DNA of 30,654 nt, from positions 1-30,654 of the IMG/VR virus record IMGVR_UViG_3300005512_000218; one strand, 5' to 3'. The position numbers and the translations under genes were made by a program. A model generated the notes under the pieces. It saw only the letters and a program-made list of their open reading frames with translations. It was not told the origin of the DNA and did not search any database. Source of the DNA: a virus. Lineage: Duplodnaviria > Caudoviricetes. The first letter of the stretch is position 1. The number at the start of each line of letters is the position of its first letter. Below are positions 15,049 through 25,900 of the stretch, piece by piece.

Positions 15049-16549
15049 GATGACAGACGTTCTGGCTCGTATGGAGCGGAACGGATTGAAGATTAACTTA
15101 GATACCCTAGAAGATATCCGACAGGAATACCAACAGGAAATGGATGAACTTGAGGTTCGCCTAGAACGCCTTGCACGGGACGCTATGGGGGATACCCCTG
15201 TCAACCTGTCCAGTCCCGATGACAGAAGCGTGTTGCTCTATTCACGGCGTGTTAAAGATAAGAAGGCATGGTCGCGCGTGTTCAACTTGGGACACGAGAT
15301 GCGCGGCAACACAATGAAGCCTAAGATGCGTACACGGATGAAGCGCGGCGAGTTCAAGTCTGCCGTAAAGAACATGACGGATGTTGTGTACAAGACACGG
15401 GGTCAGCAGTGCGATGAGTGTAGGGGCGAGGGTCGGTTTCATCCACGCAAGAAAGATGGCACGATAGGAAAGGCTGTGCGTGTCTGTAAGCGGTGTGACG
15501 GGGCTGGTGTTCTTTATATACCTACACGAGAGGTAGCCGGATTCAAGCTGATACCTCGTGACCCAATGGACACAGCATCGGCGGGGTTCAAGACAGACAA
15601 GGTTACGTTAGAAAACCGACAAACCGACTTGTCTGGTGATGCCCACGAGTTCGTTGTAGCCTATGTTCGCTACAGTGCGTTGCGTACTTACCTGTCAACT
15701 TTTGTAGAAGGAATGAAGAATAATGTTGACGAAAATAGTTTCATCCATCCAGAGTTCATGCAATGTATTACGGCAACGGGTCGCCTTTCGAGTCGCAATC
15801 CTAACTTTCAGAATATGCCGCGTGGAAGTACCTTCGCTATACGGAAGGTTGTCGAGAGCCGCTTCACGGGCGGTTTTATACTTGAAGGGGATTACTCGCA
15901 ACTAGAGTTCAGGGTGGCTGGTTTCCTGTCTAAAGACGGACAAGCCTACATCGATGTGAAGGATGGTACAGATGTTCACAGCTATACTGCAAGTGTTATC
16001 GGATGCACACGTCAAGAAGCAAAGGCGCACACGTTCAAACCTTTGTATGGTGGTGTCAGCGGTACAGAAAACCAGCAACGCTATTACCGTGCGTTTAAAG
16101 AAAAGTATGAGGGCGTTACTGAGTGGCACAAGGAACTGCAGAAAGAAGCAGTGCGAACCAAAGTAATTACATTGCCCAGCGGCAGACAATACGCTTTCCC
16201 ATCTGCACGTTGGACTGAGTGGGGTACAGCTACAAATCGTACGGCTATCTGTAACTATCCAGTACAGGGATTTGCAACAGCCGACTTGTTGCCAGCCGCA
16301 TTGGTTCGCCTAGATAAGATGATGCGATCAAGAAAATTAAATTCTGTAATCTGCAACACAGTGCACGATTCGATTGTATTGGATGTACACCCAGATGAAA
16401 AAGAGGCTTGCATCAACCTATTAGCCTATGCTATGCAGAGTTTACCTGAAGAAACAGTTAATCGGTATGGTGTCGAGTATGACATGCCTGTCGGAATAGA
16501 ATTAAAAATAGGCAAAAATTGGCTTGACTCAGAAGAAATAGAACTGTAA
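15008..16549 (+). CDS. polA: Family A DNA polymerase catalytic part with DnaJ-type zinc-finger insertion
   Basis: TATGRLSSRNPNFQN, motif A DYSQLEFR, motif B RQEAKAHTFKPLYG, motif C VHDS; CDECRGEG and CKRCDGAG; GAGGA RBS before ATG 15008. Confidence 0.92.
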   Translation: MQRTLLPTLRLSLEMTDVLARMERNGLKINLDTLEDIRQEYQQEMDELEVRLERLARDAMGDTPVNLSSPDDRSVLLYSRRVKDKKAWSRVFNLGHEMRGNTMKPKMRTRMKRGEFKSAVKNMTDVVYKTRGQQCDECRGEGRFHPRKKDGTIGKAVRVCKRCDGAGVLYIPTREVAGFKLIPRDPMDTASAGFKTDKVTLENRQTDLSGDAHEFVVAYVRYSALRTYLSTFVEGMKNNVDENSFIHPEFMQCITATGRLSSRNPNFQNMPRGSTFAIRKVVESRFTGGFILEGDYSQLEFRVAGFLSKDGQAYIDVKDGTDVHSYTASVIGCTRQEAKAHTFKPLYGGVSGTENQQRYYRAFKEKYEGVTEWHKELQKEAVRTKVITLPSGRQYAFPSARWTEWGTATNRTAICNYPVQGFATADLLPAALVRLDKMMRSRKLNSVICNTVHDSIVLDVHPDEKEACINLLAYAMQSLPEETVNRYGVEYDMPVGIELKIGKNWLDSEEIEL

Positions 16550-16578
16550 TATCTATCTACAACCCTAGAAAAAGGAGC

Positions 16579-17448
16579 ATGATTATCATGGATACAGGGA
16601 CAGACGTAATGAATATTGACGATATGGACGCAATTGTTTCAGCATTTAATAACGACGATGTTGAAGCACTAATGGAAGCAAGCGGTCAAGGCGGTAATAG
16701 TAACCGTCAAGTCGGTTTGCCCCGCATTAATATTAACTACGATACAGAGACTGAAGATGGTCAGACCTTGCCTCGTGGTTCTTGGAAGATGTACCTAGAT
16801 GGTCGGTTTATCTACGCAGAGAAAGTAAGCATGAGATTTATACTGCGTACTTTTGAATATAGCCTGTGGGATCAGGAGAGTGGTGTCTTTTCATCTAAGT
16901 CGGTACAGAAACCGACGCTGTCTGGTATGTTCCCATCAACCGATGGTATCAATAAAGCTGGAAGATTGACTCGTGAGGAAGAGGAGAAACTATCGAAAGA
17001 TGACCCCGCCTACTTGCGATCACGTGCCGTTGTTTGTAATCAGGTTATTTATGGTAAGATATCTGGTGACTTCAAGACAGCAGACGGAACCGACGTGAAG
17101 GTTGAAGACCAGCCAGTGGTTGCGTATTTCAAACGTTCCGGTTTCAAACCTATCGGCGATTTTATTGGCGGCTTGTCTAAGCAAAAGAAGCTTATGCAAA
17201 AGTGTGAAATCTCCCTTACTACACACCGCCATAAAAATGGTAGCGTAACTTTTTGGACTCCTGTACCAGCACTGGAGAAAGAAGTCGATATCACAGATCA
17301 GGACAAGGAACTCATGGGCTTGTTTGCAGAGACTGTAAAGGGTCACAATGAGAACGTTATGAATCAGTATCGTGAAGCTGTAAAGCTTATCGCTGACGAT
17401 GACGACATTGATCTGGCGGCGGACTTCGAAGATGCTAACGCTGCTTAA
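16579..17448 (+). CDS. Putative ssDNA-binding/annealing protein
   Basis: Position between polymerase and nuclease; acidic C-terminal tail DDDDIDLAADFED; AAGGAG RBS. Confidence 0.5.
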   Translation: MIIMDTGTDVMNIDDMDAIVSAFNNDDVEALMEASGQGGNSNRQVGLPRININYDTETEDGQTLPRGSWKMYLDGRFIYAEKVSMRFILRTFEYSLWDQESGVFSSKSVQKPTLSGMFPSTDGINKAGRLTREEEEKLSKDDPAYLRSRAVVCNQVIYGKISGDFKTADGTDVKVEDQPVVAYFKRSGFKPIGDFIGGLSKQKKLMQKCEISLTTHRHKNGSVTFWTPVPALEKEVDITDQDKELMGLFAETVKGHNENVMNQYREAVKLIADDDDIDLAADFEDANAA

Positions 17449-18325
17449 AATACAAGACTACATGACTAAGGCTCTCAGGGGGGAAACTACTGTCTCCCCT
17501 GAGACTCTTGCTGCCTTCCAAAAAGAATGCAGCGACTCTGTAGTTAAACAACTTACAACTGAACGTGGTGGTTATCGTATTCGTATGTCGGGCTTGGGTC
17601 GTCCTCTTTGCCAACAGGTGTTGGACAAGCAGGGCATCAAGGAAGAGATGGAATACAACACCCTGTTCAGGTTTATGTTCGGTGATCTAACCGAATCTAT
17701 CATCATGCTAATTATGAAAGAGGCAGGGGTAGACATCGTTGACTACCAACGTGCTGTTGAATTGAAGATTGGTGATGAAGTAGTAAAGGGAACTCTTGAC
17801 GTTATCATCCGTGATGAGATGGGCGTCGAGAAGGTTTGGGATGTCAAGTCAGCCAGTGATTGGGCATTCAACTATAAGTTTACAGGACTGGGTGGATATG
17901 AAAAGTTAAAGGAAGACGATCCCTTTGGCTATCTTATGCAGGGGTTCTTGTACGCCGAAGCAACAGACATGCCGTTTGGCGGGTGGATTGTCGTGAACAA
18001 ATCCAACGGTCAGGTAGCTATTGTTGAAGTTCCTGATTGGTCACAAGACGATAAAGAAGCATACCTGAAGGATGCGGCAGAGCGTATCAAGTTTCTTAAC
18101 AACCCAGACGTAAAGCCATTCAAGCCGTACAAGGCTGTGCCTGAAACGTACAAGAAGGATGGCGAGATTGTAGAGACTGGAAACAAACTACTGCCTAAAG
18201 AATGCAACCTGTGTGGTTACAGACACCATTGCTGGCCTAACGCGATCTTACACGACCGTGTTACGTCACGGGCTAAGAATCCCCCACAAGTTTGGTATTC
18301 TAGCCTAAAGAAGAAAGACGTGTGA
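17432..18325 (+). CDS. PD-(D/E)XK exonuclease (Cas4/RecB-like)
   Basis: RMSGLGRPLC, GTLD, WDVKS, Q..LYA, C-terminal CNLCGYRHHC. Confidence 0.85.
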   Translation: MLTLLKIQDYMTKALRGETTVSPETLAAFQKECSDSVVKQLTTERGGYRIRMSGLGRPLCQQVLDKQGIKEEMEYNTLFRFMFGDLTESIIMLIMKEAGVDIVDYQRAVELKIGDEVVKGTLDVIIRDEMGVEKVWDVKSASDWAFNYKFTGLGGYEKLKEDDPFGYLMQGFLYAEATDMPFGGWIVVNKSNGQVAIVEVPDWSQDDKEAYLKDAAERIKFLNNPDVKPFKPYKAVPETYKKDGEIVETGNKLLPKECNLCGYRHHCWPNAILHDRVTSRAKNPPQVWYSSLKKKDV

Positions 18326-18705
18326 TGCCGTACTTGTTTGTTAAAAACTATGAGGTGGATCTGATGAGCATGAACAAAAGCTTGCATCATATCTACATCG
18401 AGTCGGCTTCCAAGTCTGGGGGAGAACGTCGGGTAGCTCAGATGCGCTTGCATGAAAATGGGCTACCCCTCACTCTTGTAAACAACTACAGTAAGGATGG
18501 ATCTCTTCAGGCAGAAACTGAAGTGCGAGACATGCGAACTGTAGAAGAAGAATTACAGAAAATCAGTAGAACAGCATTTAGCGGGGCTTATGTATGTGTG
18601 CCGATGCACCCTTTAACAACAGAACTTACCAACATCGAAAGACTATCCCCAAAACTGGCAGGGTACTTGATAAAAAGATTTCAGTCGATAGGATTAGAGT
18701 TTTGA
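18322..18705 (+). CDS. Hypothetical protein (127 aa)
   Basis: ORF track; overlaps both neighbours by 4 nt. Confidence 0.7.
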   Translation: MMPYLFVKNYEVDLMSMNKSLHHIYIESASKSGGERRVAQMRLHENGLPLTLVNNYSKDGSLQAETEVRDMRTVEEELQKISRTAFSGAYVCVPMHPLTTELTNIERLSPKLAGYLIKRFQSIGLEF

Positions 18706-19070
18706 AAAAAGCGGGATACAGATCACAGTTCGAACTTAATTTAGCTAGGATACTTACGGATAACAAAGTTCCTTTTGAATATGAAAATTCTAAATTCCAG
18801 TATATTCCCGAACCCCGTAACTATACACCAGATTTTTATCTTCCTGAAAGCGACATATACGTCGAAGCAAAGGGACACCTGACCAAAGATGACAGGGTAA
18901 AGATGCTGCTTGTAAAGAGACAGCACCCTGAGTTGGACATACGATTTGTGTTCCTAAGAGCGTCGAATAAGATTTACAAAGGCAGTAAGACGACGTATGC
19001 TGCATGGTGTGAACGTTATAAATTTGAGTGGGCAGAAGGTACGATACCCACAGATTGGTATAAAAAATGA
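18702..19070 (+). CDS. Endonuclease I / Holliday junction resolvase (T7 gp3-like)
   Basis: YRSQFE, YTPDF, YVEAKG, DIRFVF; TTG start overlapping upstream stop. Confidence 0.9.
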   Translation: MKKAGYRSQFELNLARILTDNKVPFEYENSKFQYIPEPRNYTPDFYLPESDIYVEAKGHLTKDDRVKMLLVKRQHPELDIRFVFLRASNKIYKGSKTTYAAWCERYKFEWAEGTIPTDWYKK

Positions 19071-19420
19071 GCGACAACGACGAATTTAATCAGGCTATGG
19101 AAGCAGCATCCCTATTACCAGACAGGTATTACATCATATTAAGACCGACAGGTAACGGCGAATTTACCTTGTCAGCATATGATACGACAGGTAATACATA
19201 CGATGACGATGAAGATTTCAACCCTGCTATGTTGATACAAGAAGGTGCAATTGATATGATACGACTTCATACAGATGAACTGTACGATCAAGGTGTAGCG
19301 TCTGTGAAGTTTCGTTTGGCAGGGCAAGAGATGCTTGATGAAGCAGAGGTCGAAGACCCCAAGCTTATCAAGTCGGTTGAAGACAATGTGATTAGAGTGG
19401 ACTTTGGTACAGAACAATGA
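19067..19420 (+). CDS. Acidic hypothetical protein (117 aa)
   Basis: ORF track; ATGA overlaps; ends in NVIRVDF. Confidence 0.75.
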   Translation: MSDNDEFNQAMEAASLLPDRYYIILRPTGNGEFTLSAYDTTGNTYDDDEDFNPAMLIQEGAIDMIRLHTDELYDQGVASVKFRLAGQEMLDEAEVEDPKLIKSVEDNVIRVDFGTEQ

Positions 19421-19737
19421 GACACGAACAATTTATGAAATCTAAGATAGATGTAGGTAGCATAGAAGATTACCCGCCATCTTATGATCTAGCAGAACAA
19501 GCGGGTAAAGAAGCATACGGGGGTGTAGATCTTGTCAACAGTCCGGCACACTACAATCAAGCAGGTGTCGAGTGCATTGAAGCAATCGCGGCGGCGACAG
19601 ACGATGGGTTTCAATACTACCTGCAAGGAAACATCATCAAATACCTCTGGCGGTACAGATACAAAAACGGAATCGAAGACCTTAAAAAAGCCCAGTGGTA
19701 CCTCAACAAACTGATCGAAACAACAGAGAAGGAATAA
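19417..19737 (+). CDS. DUF3310 (T7 gp1.7/SaV-like) putative nucleotide kinase
   Basis: VNSPAHY..GVECIEAI, GNIIKYLWRY..KNGIEDLKKAQWYL. Confidence 0.85.
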   Translation: MRHEQFMKSKIDVGSIEDYPPSYDLAEQAGKEAYGGVDLVNSPAHYNQAGVECIEAIAAATDDGFQYYLQGNIIKYLWRYRYKNGIEDLKKAQWYLNKLIETTEKE

Positions 19738-19740
19738 GAC

Positions 19741-21669
19741 ATGAGCAACATGCTACCAACATCATATCAACAATTCATTCACAAGTCACGCTATGCACGT
19801 TGGCTAGACGATGAACAACGCCGTGAAAACTGGGACGAGACTGTGGATCGATACGTCGGTTTCATGGAAAACCAGATTCAGGGCAAGTGCGGCGTTAAGC
19901 TAGACAAGAAGGTAACCGACGATTTGCGTGAAGGTATTTTGAGTCTTGATGTCATGCCATCTATGAGAGCAATGATGACAGCAGGTCCGGCTCTTGCTCG
20001 TGACAATATCTGTGGCTATAATTGTAGCTACATTCCTGTTGATAGTCCTCGTGCGTTTGATGAATGCATGTATATTTTGATGTGTGGTACTGGTGTTGGG
20101 TTTAGTGTGGAGAGAGAAAATGTGGATAGATTACCTGTTGTATCCGATAATTTTGGTAGTTCTGACATCGTTATTTCAGTAGCTGACAGTAAGCCGGGAT
20201 GGGCAAAAGCTCTGCGTGAACTTATTGCTTTGCTATATGCGGGACAGATTCCTACATGGGATGTGTCTGCTATACGGGAAGCAGGGGCACGTTTGAAAGT
20301 GATGGGGGGACGTGCAAGCGGACCACAGCCGCTGTTAGACCTATTTGATTTTACTGTTAGTATATTCAAGAAAGCTAAAGGGCGTCGGTTGTTTCCTATC
20401 GAATGCCACGACATCATGTGTAAGATAGGCGAGGTTGTAGTTGTAGGTGGCGTACGTCGTTCTGCACTAATTAGTTTATCTAACTTAAATGACGATCAAA
20501 TGGCACACGCCAAGTCAGGCATGTGGTGGGAAAACGAAGGACAACGTGCGCTGGCAAACAATTCTGTAGCGTATAAAACGAAGCCAGAGATGGGTACGTT
20601 TATGCGTGAGTGGCTTGCCTTGTATGACAGCAAGTCTGGTGAGCGTGGTATGTTCAACCGTGAAGCGGCAGACAAGCAAGTCGGTCGTAACGGACGCCGT
20701 GAGCAAGGGCACATGTGGGGAACCAACCCGTGTTCTGAGATTATCTTGCGTGGTTATCAGTTCTGTAACTTGTCAGAGGTTGTGGTTCGTGAAGCCGACT
20801 CGTTGGATGATCTCAAGCGTAAGGTTCGTCTTGCAACTATCTTGGGAACCCTACAATCTACCTTGACGGACTTTAAATATTTGAGGAAGATATGGAAGGA
20901 CAACACAGAGGAAGAGCGTTTGTTAGGCGTATCCTTGACTGGTATCATGGATCATCCCGTGCTTTCAAAGAACGTAGACAGCAAGCGTTGGCTAGAAGAA
21001 ATGCGTCAAACAGCCGTAGATACAAACAAGAAGTTTGCGAACATGCTTGGAATACCACAGAGTGCAGCAATCACCTGTGTAAAGCCATCGGGTACTGTAT
21101 CTCAACTCGTGGACGCAGCTAGTGGTATTCACGCACGACACAACGATTACTACATCCGCACAGTTCGTGGTGACAACAAAGACCCCTTGACACAGTTCCT
21201 CATTGAGCAGGGACTGCACAACGAGCGTGACATGATGAAGCCTGATAGTGTTACCGTGTTCTCGTTTGCTATGAAGTCACCAGAGGGGGCAGTGACACGT
21301 ACACAGATGACAGCTATTCAACAGCTAGAACTGTGGAAGACGTACGCAATTCACTGGTGCGAACACAAGCCTTCTATCACCGTTACGGTAAAAGAAAACG
21401 AGTGGATGGAAGTTGGTGCGTGGGTGTATGAAAACTTTGACGTGGCGTCAGGGGTATCGTTCTTGCCTCACAGCGATCACACATATCAACAAGCCCCGTA
21501 TCAGGACATCGAACCAGATCAATACCTAGAATGGCGCGAACAGTACAAGGACGTTGTTATTGACTGGAACAAGTTGACAGAGTTTGAAAAAGAGGATAAC
21601 ACTACTGGATCTAGAGAACTGGCATGTACTGCTGGTGTGTGTGAAGTAGTGGATTTGAACGCGGCATGA
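19741..21669 (+). CDS. nrdJ: Class II (B12-dependent) ribonucleotide reductase
   Basis: YNC, GTNPCSEI, TCVKPSGTVS, C-terminal ACTAGVCE; no adjacent beta-subunit gene. Confidence 0.9.
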   Translation: MSNMLPTSYQQFIHKSRYARWLDDEQRRENWDETVDRYVGFMENQIQGKCGVKLDKKVTDDLREGILSLDVMPSMRAMMTAGPALARDNICGYNCSYIPVDSPRAFDECMYILMCGTGVGFSVERENVDRLPVVSDNFGSSDIVISVADSKPGWAKALRELIALLYAGQIPTWDVSAIREAGARLKVMGGRASGPQPLLDLFDFTVSIFKKAKGRRLFPIECHDIMCKIGEVVVVGGVRRSALISLSNLNDDQMAHAKSGMWWENEGQRALANNSVAYKTKPEMGTFMREWLALYDSKSGERGMFNREAADKQVGRNGRREQGHMWGTNPCSEIILRGYQFCNLSEVVVREADSLDDLKRKVRLATILGTLQSTLTDFKYLRKIWKDNTEEERLLGVSLTGIMDHPVLSKNVDSKRWLEEMRQTAVDTNKKFANMLGIPQSAAITCVKPSGTVSQLVDAASGIHARHNDYYIRTVRGDNKDPLTQFLIEQGLHNERDMMKPDSVTVFSFAMKSPEGAVTRTQMTAIQQLELWKTYAIHWCEHKPSITVTVKENEWMEVGAWVYENFDVASGVSFLPHSDHTYQQAPYQDIEPDQYLEWREQYKDVVIDWNKLTEFEKEDNTTGSRELACTAGVCEVVDLNAA

Positions 21670-21833
21670 ACTGTTGGCATTGTAGTTACAACTTGACTTG
21701 GGGCGGTGACCATGATACGGATGATGATCCAGATCATTCTATGGTCACCAACCTTAGTTGTGCCAACTGTGGCTCGTTTGTTTTAGTCTATTTACCCAGA
21801 GAAGAAGATGATACAAATAAAAATAACTCCTAG
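21666..21833 (+). CDS. Small zinc-ribbon protein (55 aa, MNCWHC..WGGDHD..SCANCG), not in ORF track
   Basis: Translated by hand; ATGA overlap with nrdJ stop; two CxxC. Confidence 0.75.
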   Translation: MNCWHCSYNLTWGGDHDTDDDPDHSMVTNLSCANCGSFVLVYLPREEDDTNKNNS

Positions 21834-22296
21834 CATCATTGCCCGTGCCAAAAAGAAAGCCGCCTCTGTAGGTAATCTACAGGGCAGCATAACGGGTAGT
21901 CTATCTAATGTTGTCGGTGCTATTGGTGAGATTATCGTACAGGATTACACTGGCGGTATCGAAGCCAACAGCAAAGACTTTGACTTGATGGTAGGAAACC
22001 GACGTGTTGACGTAAAGACTAAGCGGTGCAACACAACCCCTTCACCTAACTACGATTGTTCTGTGGCGGCACACGGTACGAAACAAGACTGCGATAGCTA
22101 CGTGTTTGTTCGTATCCTTACCGACCACAGCAAGGCGTGGATCTTGGGTGAGATACCTAAAGCAGACTATTACAAGAAGGCAATCAAATATAAGGTAGGT
22201 GATGTTGATCCTGCCAACGGCTTTGTTTTCAAGGCTGACTGTTATAACCTAGCAATACAAGAACTAGAGACTGTCAATGGCAAAGAAGCAGCATAA
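21808..22296 (+). CDS. Restriction-endonuclease-fold (PD-(D/E)XK) hypothetical protein
   Basis: GAIGE...DFDL..RVDVKTK. Confidence 0.65.
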   Translation: MIQIKITPSIIARAKKKAASVGNLQGSITGSLSNVVGAIGEIIVQDYTGGIEANSKDFDLMVGNRRVDVKTKRCNTTPSPNYDCSVAAHGTKQDCDSYVFVRILTDHSKAWILGEIPKADYYKKAIKYKVGDVDPANGFVFKADCYNLAIQELETVNGKEAA

Positions 22297-22501
22297 GGCT
22301 AACCTATTTCAATTTACAGCGTACTTGAATCAGGATGGAAATGTCGAGTTGGTTTGGGACGGTATACCGCCTGATCAATTCGAAGCCACAATGAATAAAG
22401 GGATGCCAGAGTATGAAGGTGCACACTCAATAGCATCCCTGTTAAGGTACCTCAGATCGATGGGTGATGAAATGATGGAGAAATCCCGCACTTACATCTA
22501 A
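22277..22501 (+). CDS. Hypothetical protein (74 aa), last gene of the plus-strand block
   Basis: ORF track; overlaps upstream gene. Confidence 0.65.
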   Translation: MAKKQHKANLFQFTAYLNQDGNVELVWDGIPPDQFEATMNKGMPEYEGAHSIASLLRYLRSMGDEMMEKSRTYI

Positions 22502-22503
22502 GG

Positions 22504-22668
22504 CTATTTCTTTTTCTTTTTGTGTTCCTTGATTATTTCGAATCGTGCATTCAAGAACGAACCCCGATGACGCTTGTAACCGTCTTTGGGGTTTTTCATT
22601 AGGACAAACTCTTTGCCTTGCTTCATCCAGTGATAGCCCTCTGGGGCACGAACAACTTTTCTAGCCAC
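22504..22668 (-). CDS. Small basic protein (54 aa, ..RAPEGYHWMK..KKKKK), not in ORF track
   Basis: Translated by hand; GTG start overlapping the upstream gene end; fills the gap to the convergence point. Confidence 0.65.
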   Translation of the reverse strand: MARKVVRAPEGYHWMKQGKEFVLMKNPKDGYKRHRGSFLNARFEIIKEHKKKKK

Positions 22669-22987
22669 GATTCTTAGCCTTTCCCCCGTACATCATGTAG
22701 CCCATCTTATTTCGTACAGGTTTTGGTAATTTACCTAGACCCTTGTTGTCTGCGGGTACAGGTTTCAGGCTTGCCATACCACCTTCTGCCATGCTCATAG
22801 ACAGGGGTGGTTGCATCGTCGGTTTCATTTTCTGTGGCTGCATCATCGGATTCGATGACATCATGCCGCCCATCTGTGCCTTTTTACGGGGCTTGGTTGC
22901 CGTGCCGCCGTACATCATAGGTTTGCGACGGGTTGCACCGCCATACATCATACCCTTGCGTGGGCCGTTATGGTACTGCTTTTTCAT
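22661..22987 (-). CDS. Basic Met/Gly-rich protein with repeated MMYGG/MAEGG motifs (108 aa)
   Basis: ORF track trimmed to ATG 22987 (AGGAG upstream); five GG motifs. Confidence 0.7.
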   Translation of the reverse strand: MKKQYHNGPRKGMMYGGATRRKPMMYGGTATKPRKKAQMGGMMSSNPMMQPQKMKPTMQPPLSMSMAEGGMASLKPVPADNKGLGKLPKPVRNKMGYMMYGGKAKNRG

Positions 22988-25900
22988 AGGTTTCTTGCTC
23001 CTGTCTTTCATATTGAGTTGCCGCAAGGATAGCTTCCGGCGGAATGTATTCTGATACTTTGTTCTGTGATAGTCGTGCCGCTTCACGAGCCGCAATAGAC
23101 GTAAGGATAGTTCCCAGCGTTTTTACGTTTGCATCTGTTACGGTTTCAGGTTTTGCGATAATTCTATTTAAGATTTGTGCAGCTTCTTTACTTTCTGCAG
23201 CTACCTGTACCAGAGATATCTTCTGTTTTTCTAACACCCTAAATGCAAACTCTGCACCAACATATGTAGGACTAACCATACCCCGTGCAATGTTGAAGGC
23301 GCGGCTAATTACTTCATTTGGAGATATAGAACGTACACCGTTTGATGAATAGCGATTTACAGATGTTCCTGACGCCATTTGCATAAACCCAGCAAAATCA
23401 TGTAAATACTGAAGGTGTTCATCATCCATAAATTCGCGTAGTATTTTAATAGTGTCTTCGTTTTCAAGATCTGCTACAAGCTGGGCAGCATTGGTCATTG
23501 TCTCTCTTGTTCTAGTAGTACCATCAAAATTTTTGTATCCAACTGCGGCTCCACCATCTATAGAAGAAAAAGTAACAGTCTGTGAAGGTGCAACTTCAGC
23601 GCGACGAAGCAAACCATTAGTGATCATAACAACCATGCCGCTGTTAAATTCGTTTATCGCCTGTTGCCGTGTCATGTTAGGGACTTCTGCAACAAGACCA
23701 TCTACGAACGTATCACGAAGCATATTGATACTTGATGTTGTTCCTCTTGCAATGTACATTTCAAAGAAATCACCTACATCGCTTGTACCAGCTATTCTTT
23801 CCATTTTGTTCTGGAATCGCTTTGATTTCAAAACCTCATCTTTCGCTAGTTCCCCCAGATTTCCGGTTTCACCATTTACTGTACGACGAAAATCATCGAA
23901 CTGTTTTCTCACTTCTTTACTCAGGCCAATCAAATCCGCAATATCTGCTTCGGCTTCAAACATATCACCGAAGTCCACCAAGTTTAGTTTCTGTGGTGGT
24001 TCACCCGGCTTTGTTCTTACGTACATTGTGAATTGTTCTTGTGCATTATTAAGCTTTGACAAAACACCAAACTTGTACGAACCCTCTGATATGTCTTGAC
24101 CAGATGCGGATCGACGTATAGCTTCTTGTAGGTTTAGTTCACGTGCACTACCCCAGCTAGAGAAGACACTTGCTTCTGCTGATTTTTGTAAAGCTTTCCA
24201 AAGAGACATGCCATCTTCTGTGGTAGCATCAAAAACAAACTGACTTGTAACGTTTCCGTCTGCATCTGTAACCTCTTCTACACGATCACCCCAGTATCTT
24301 CTAAATTCCTCTACAGAATTCTGCAACCGACCTGTAGCCCCTGTCTTATCTTGAAGTATTTCATCAATACCAATTCCAAAATCCTTGTGCCAGTTTTGGG
24401 GTTGCATGTTTGCTTTGTATGGGTGAGCGTATTCAAATTCTGCTGTTTCTTCGAATGCCGGACCTGTTCTTGAATTGTCTATCTTATCTCCCAATGATCC
24501 GGGACGCATCTTATCAAACTTGCTTCTTTTATATTCTGAACGAGCACCTTCCACTGCTGCAGCAACAGCAGGATCTGAAGCTATTGCATCTTCAATACCA
24601 TTAGCCATGTCGGTGAATTGGATTGCACGTGTCTCATCCTTAGTTCTGTCTGCTATACTTGTAAAGTACCGCTTCATTTCGTCTGCTTCAAATGCCCCTG
24701 CCATAAACGGTATAAACTTTTCACCATCATCAGCTTGTCGGGTAGACAGATGAAATGCCATAACTGCATAGTTAGGTGATTCAGGCGAACCTAAGTATTG
24801 CGGCGGAATAAAGTCTGGATTGTCATTACCATTTTTAAGCTTGGGCTGAGACATACGAGCATACAACTCTGCAACATCGTCTTCATCAAAACCTAATTGC
24901 TGACGTATGGAGCGTTCACCTGCTGTATTAAATGCAGTCCACGCATCCTTTGCAGAACGAGTACGGGCAAAGAAAGCTTCACCAGAAAACAGCCGACCGA
25001 AATCTTCTGCAGACTTAACGTTGAATTTGTCCATGAGAACTTGGAAGGCGGGACTCATATCAATAAACTTGTCATCGCCAAGAGATTCTTCAGCATTCTT
25101 GTAGATAAGACCCCGTTGCAGTCTTAACTTTTCTTCCTGAATATCGTAAAGCCTTTCAAGTTCCAAGCCCATTCTTCTTTCGAAACCTTCGCCACCGCGT
25201 AAATATTTAATAGTGTCGAGGCGTTCAGAAAGCGCATTTTGTAAGGCCGCTACATTATCTATCAGGATATTTCGTTCTTCTTCTACGTTAAGTACCTTAC
25301 CTTCACCCTTTATAGTTTTTTCTAAATTAACGAGTGTCTTTAGTGTATCCCCGTCTATTTTTTCTGACGGATTTTGAAGTGCGTTATCACGATAATTTTC
25401 AATTAAGCCAAGATACTCCTGACGACGTTTAGTCATTAAGGTTTGTTGTCCATCAGCCGCCTTTTCAAAGTTACCTATCCATGCGTCTAGGTACTGCCTG
25501 TCGGTTGTTTTCATGCCTGTTGATTTTTCAATCAAGTTGCGTAAGTTGTTTACGCCTAGCTGCATCATACGGAAAGAGTTTTCGGCCTGAAGCTGTACAT
25601 CTATTGCTTGTTCTATGCTTTTTAAGTTTACATTTGTGAGACTGGCCTTTTCCATAGCTTGAAGTGGTGCCAAGCCAGATGCATGAGCGAAGGAAAGACG
25701 GAAGGCGTCTTTAGCTTCATCTTGTAGCTCTTCAGGAAAAGAATCAATAATTCGATCCCGCATCTTGTTATATTCATCTATTGAACGAACAACCATCTCC
25801 CGTTGATCCGGCCTTATATTACTCATAAGTTTAGCTGTGGAATATACAGCAGCACGTTCTTTTCCAGTTAGAGGTCTCCCCGTAGAAGATAAAAATTCAC

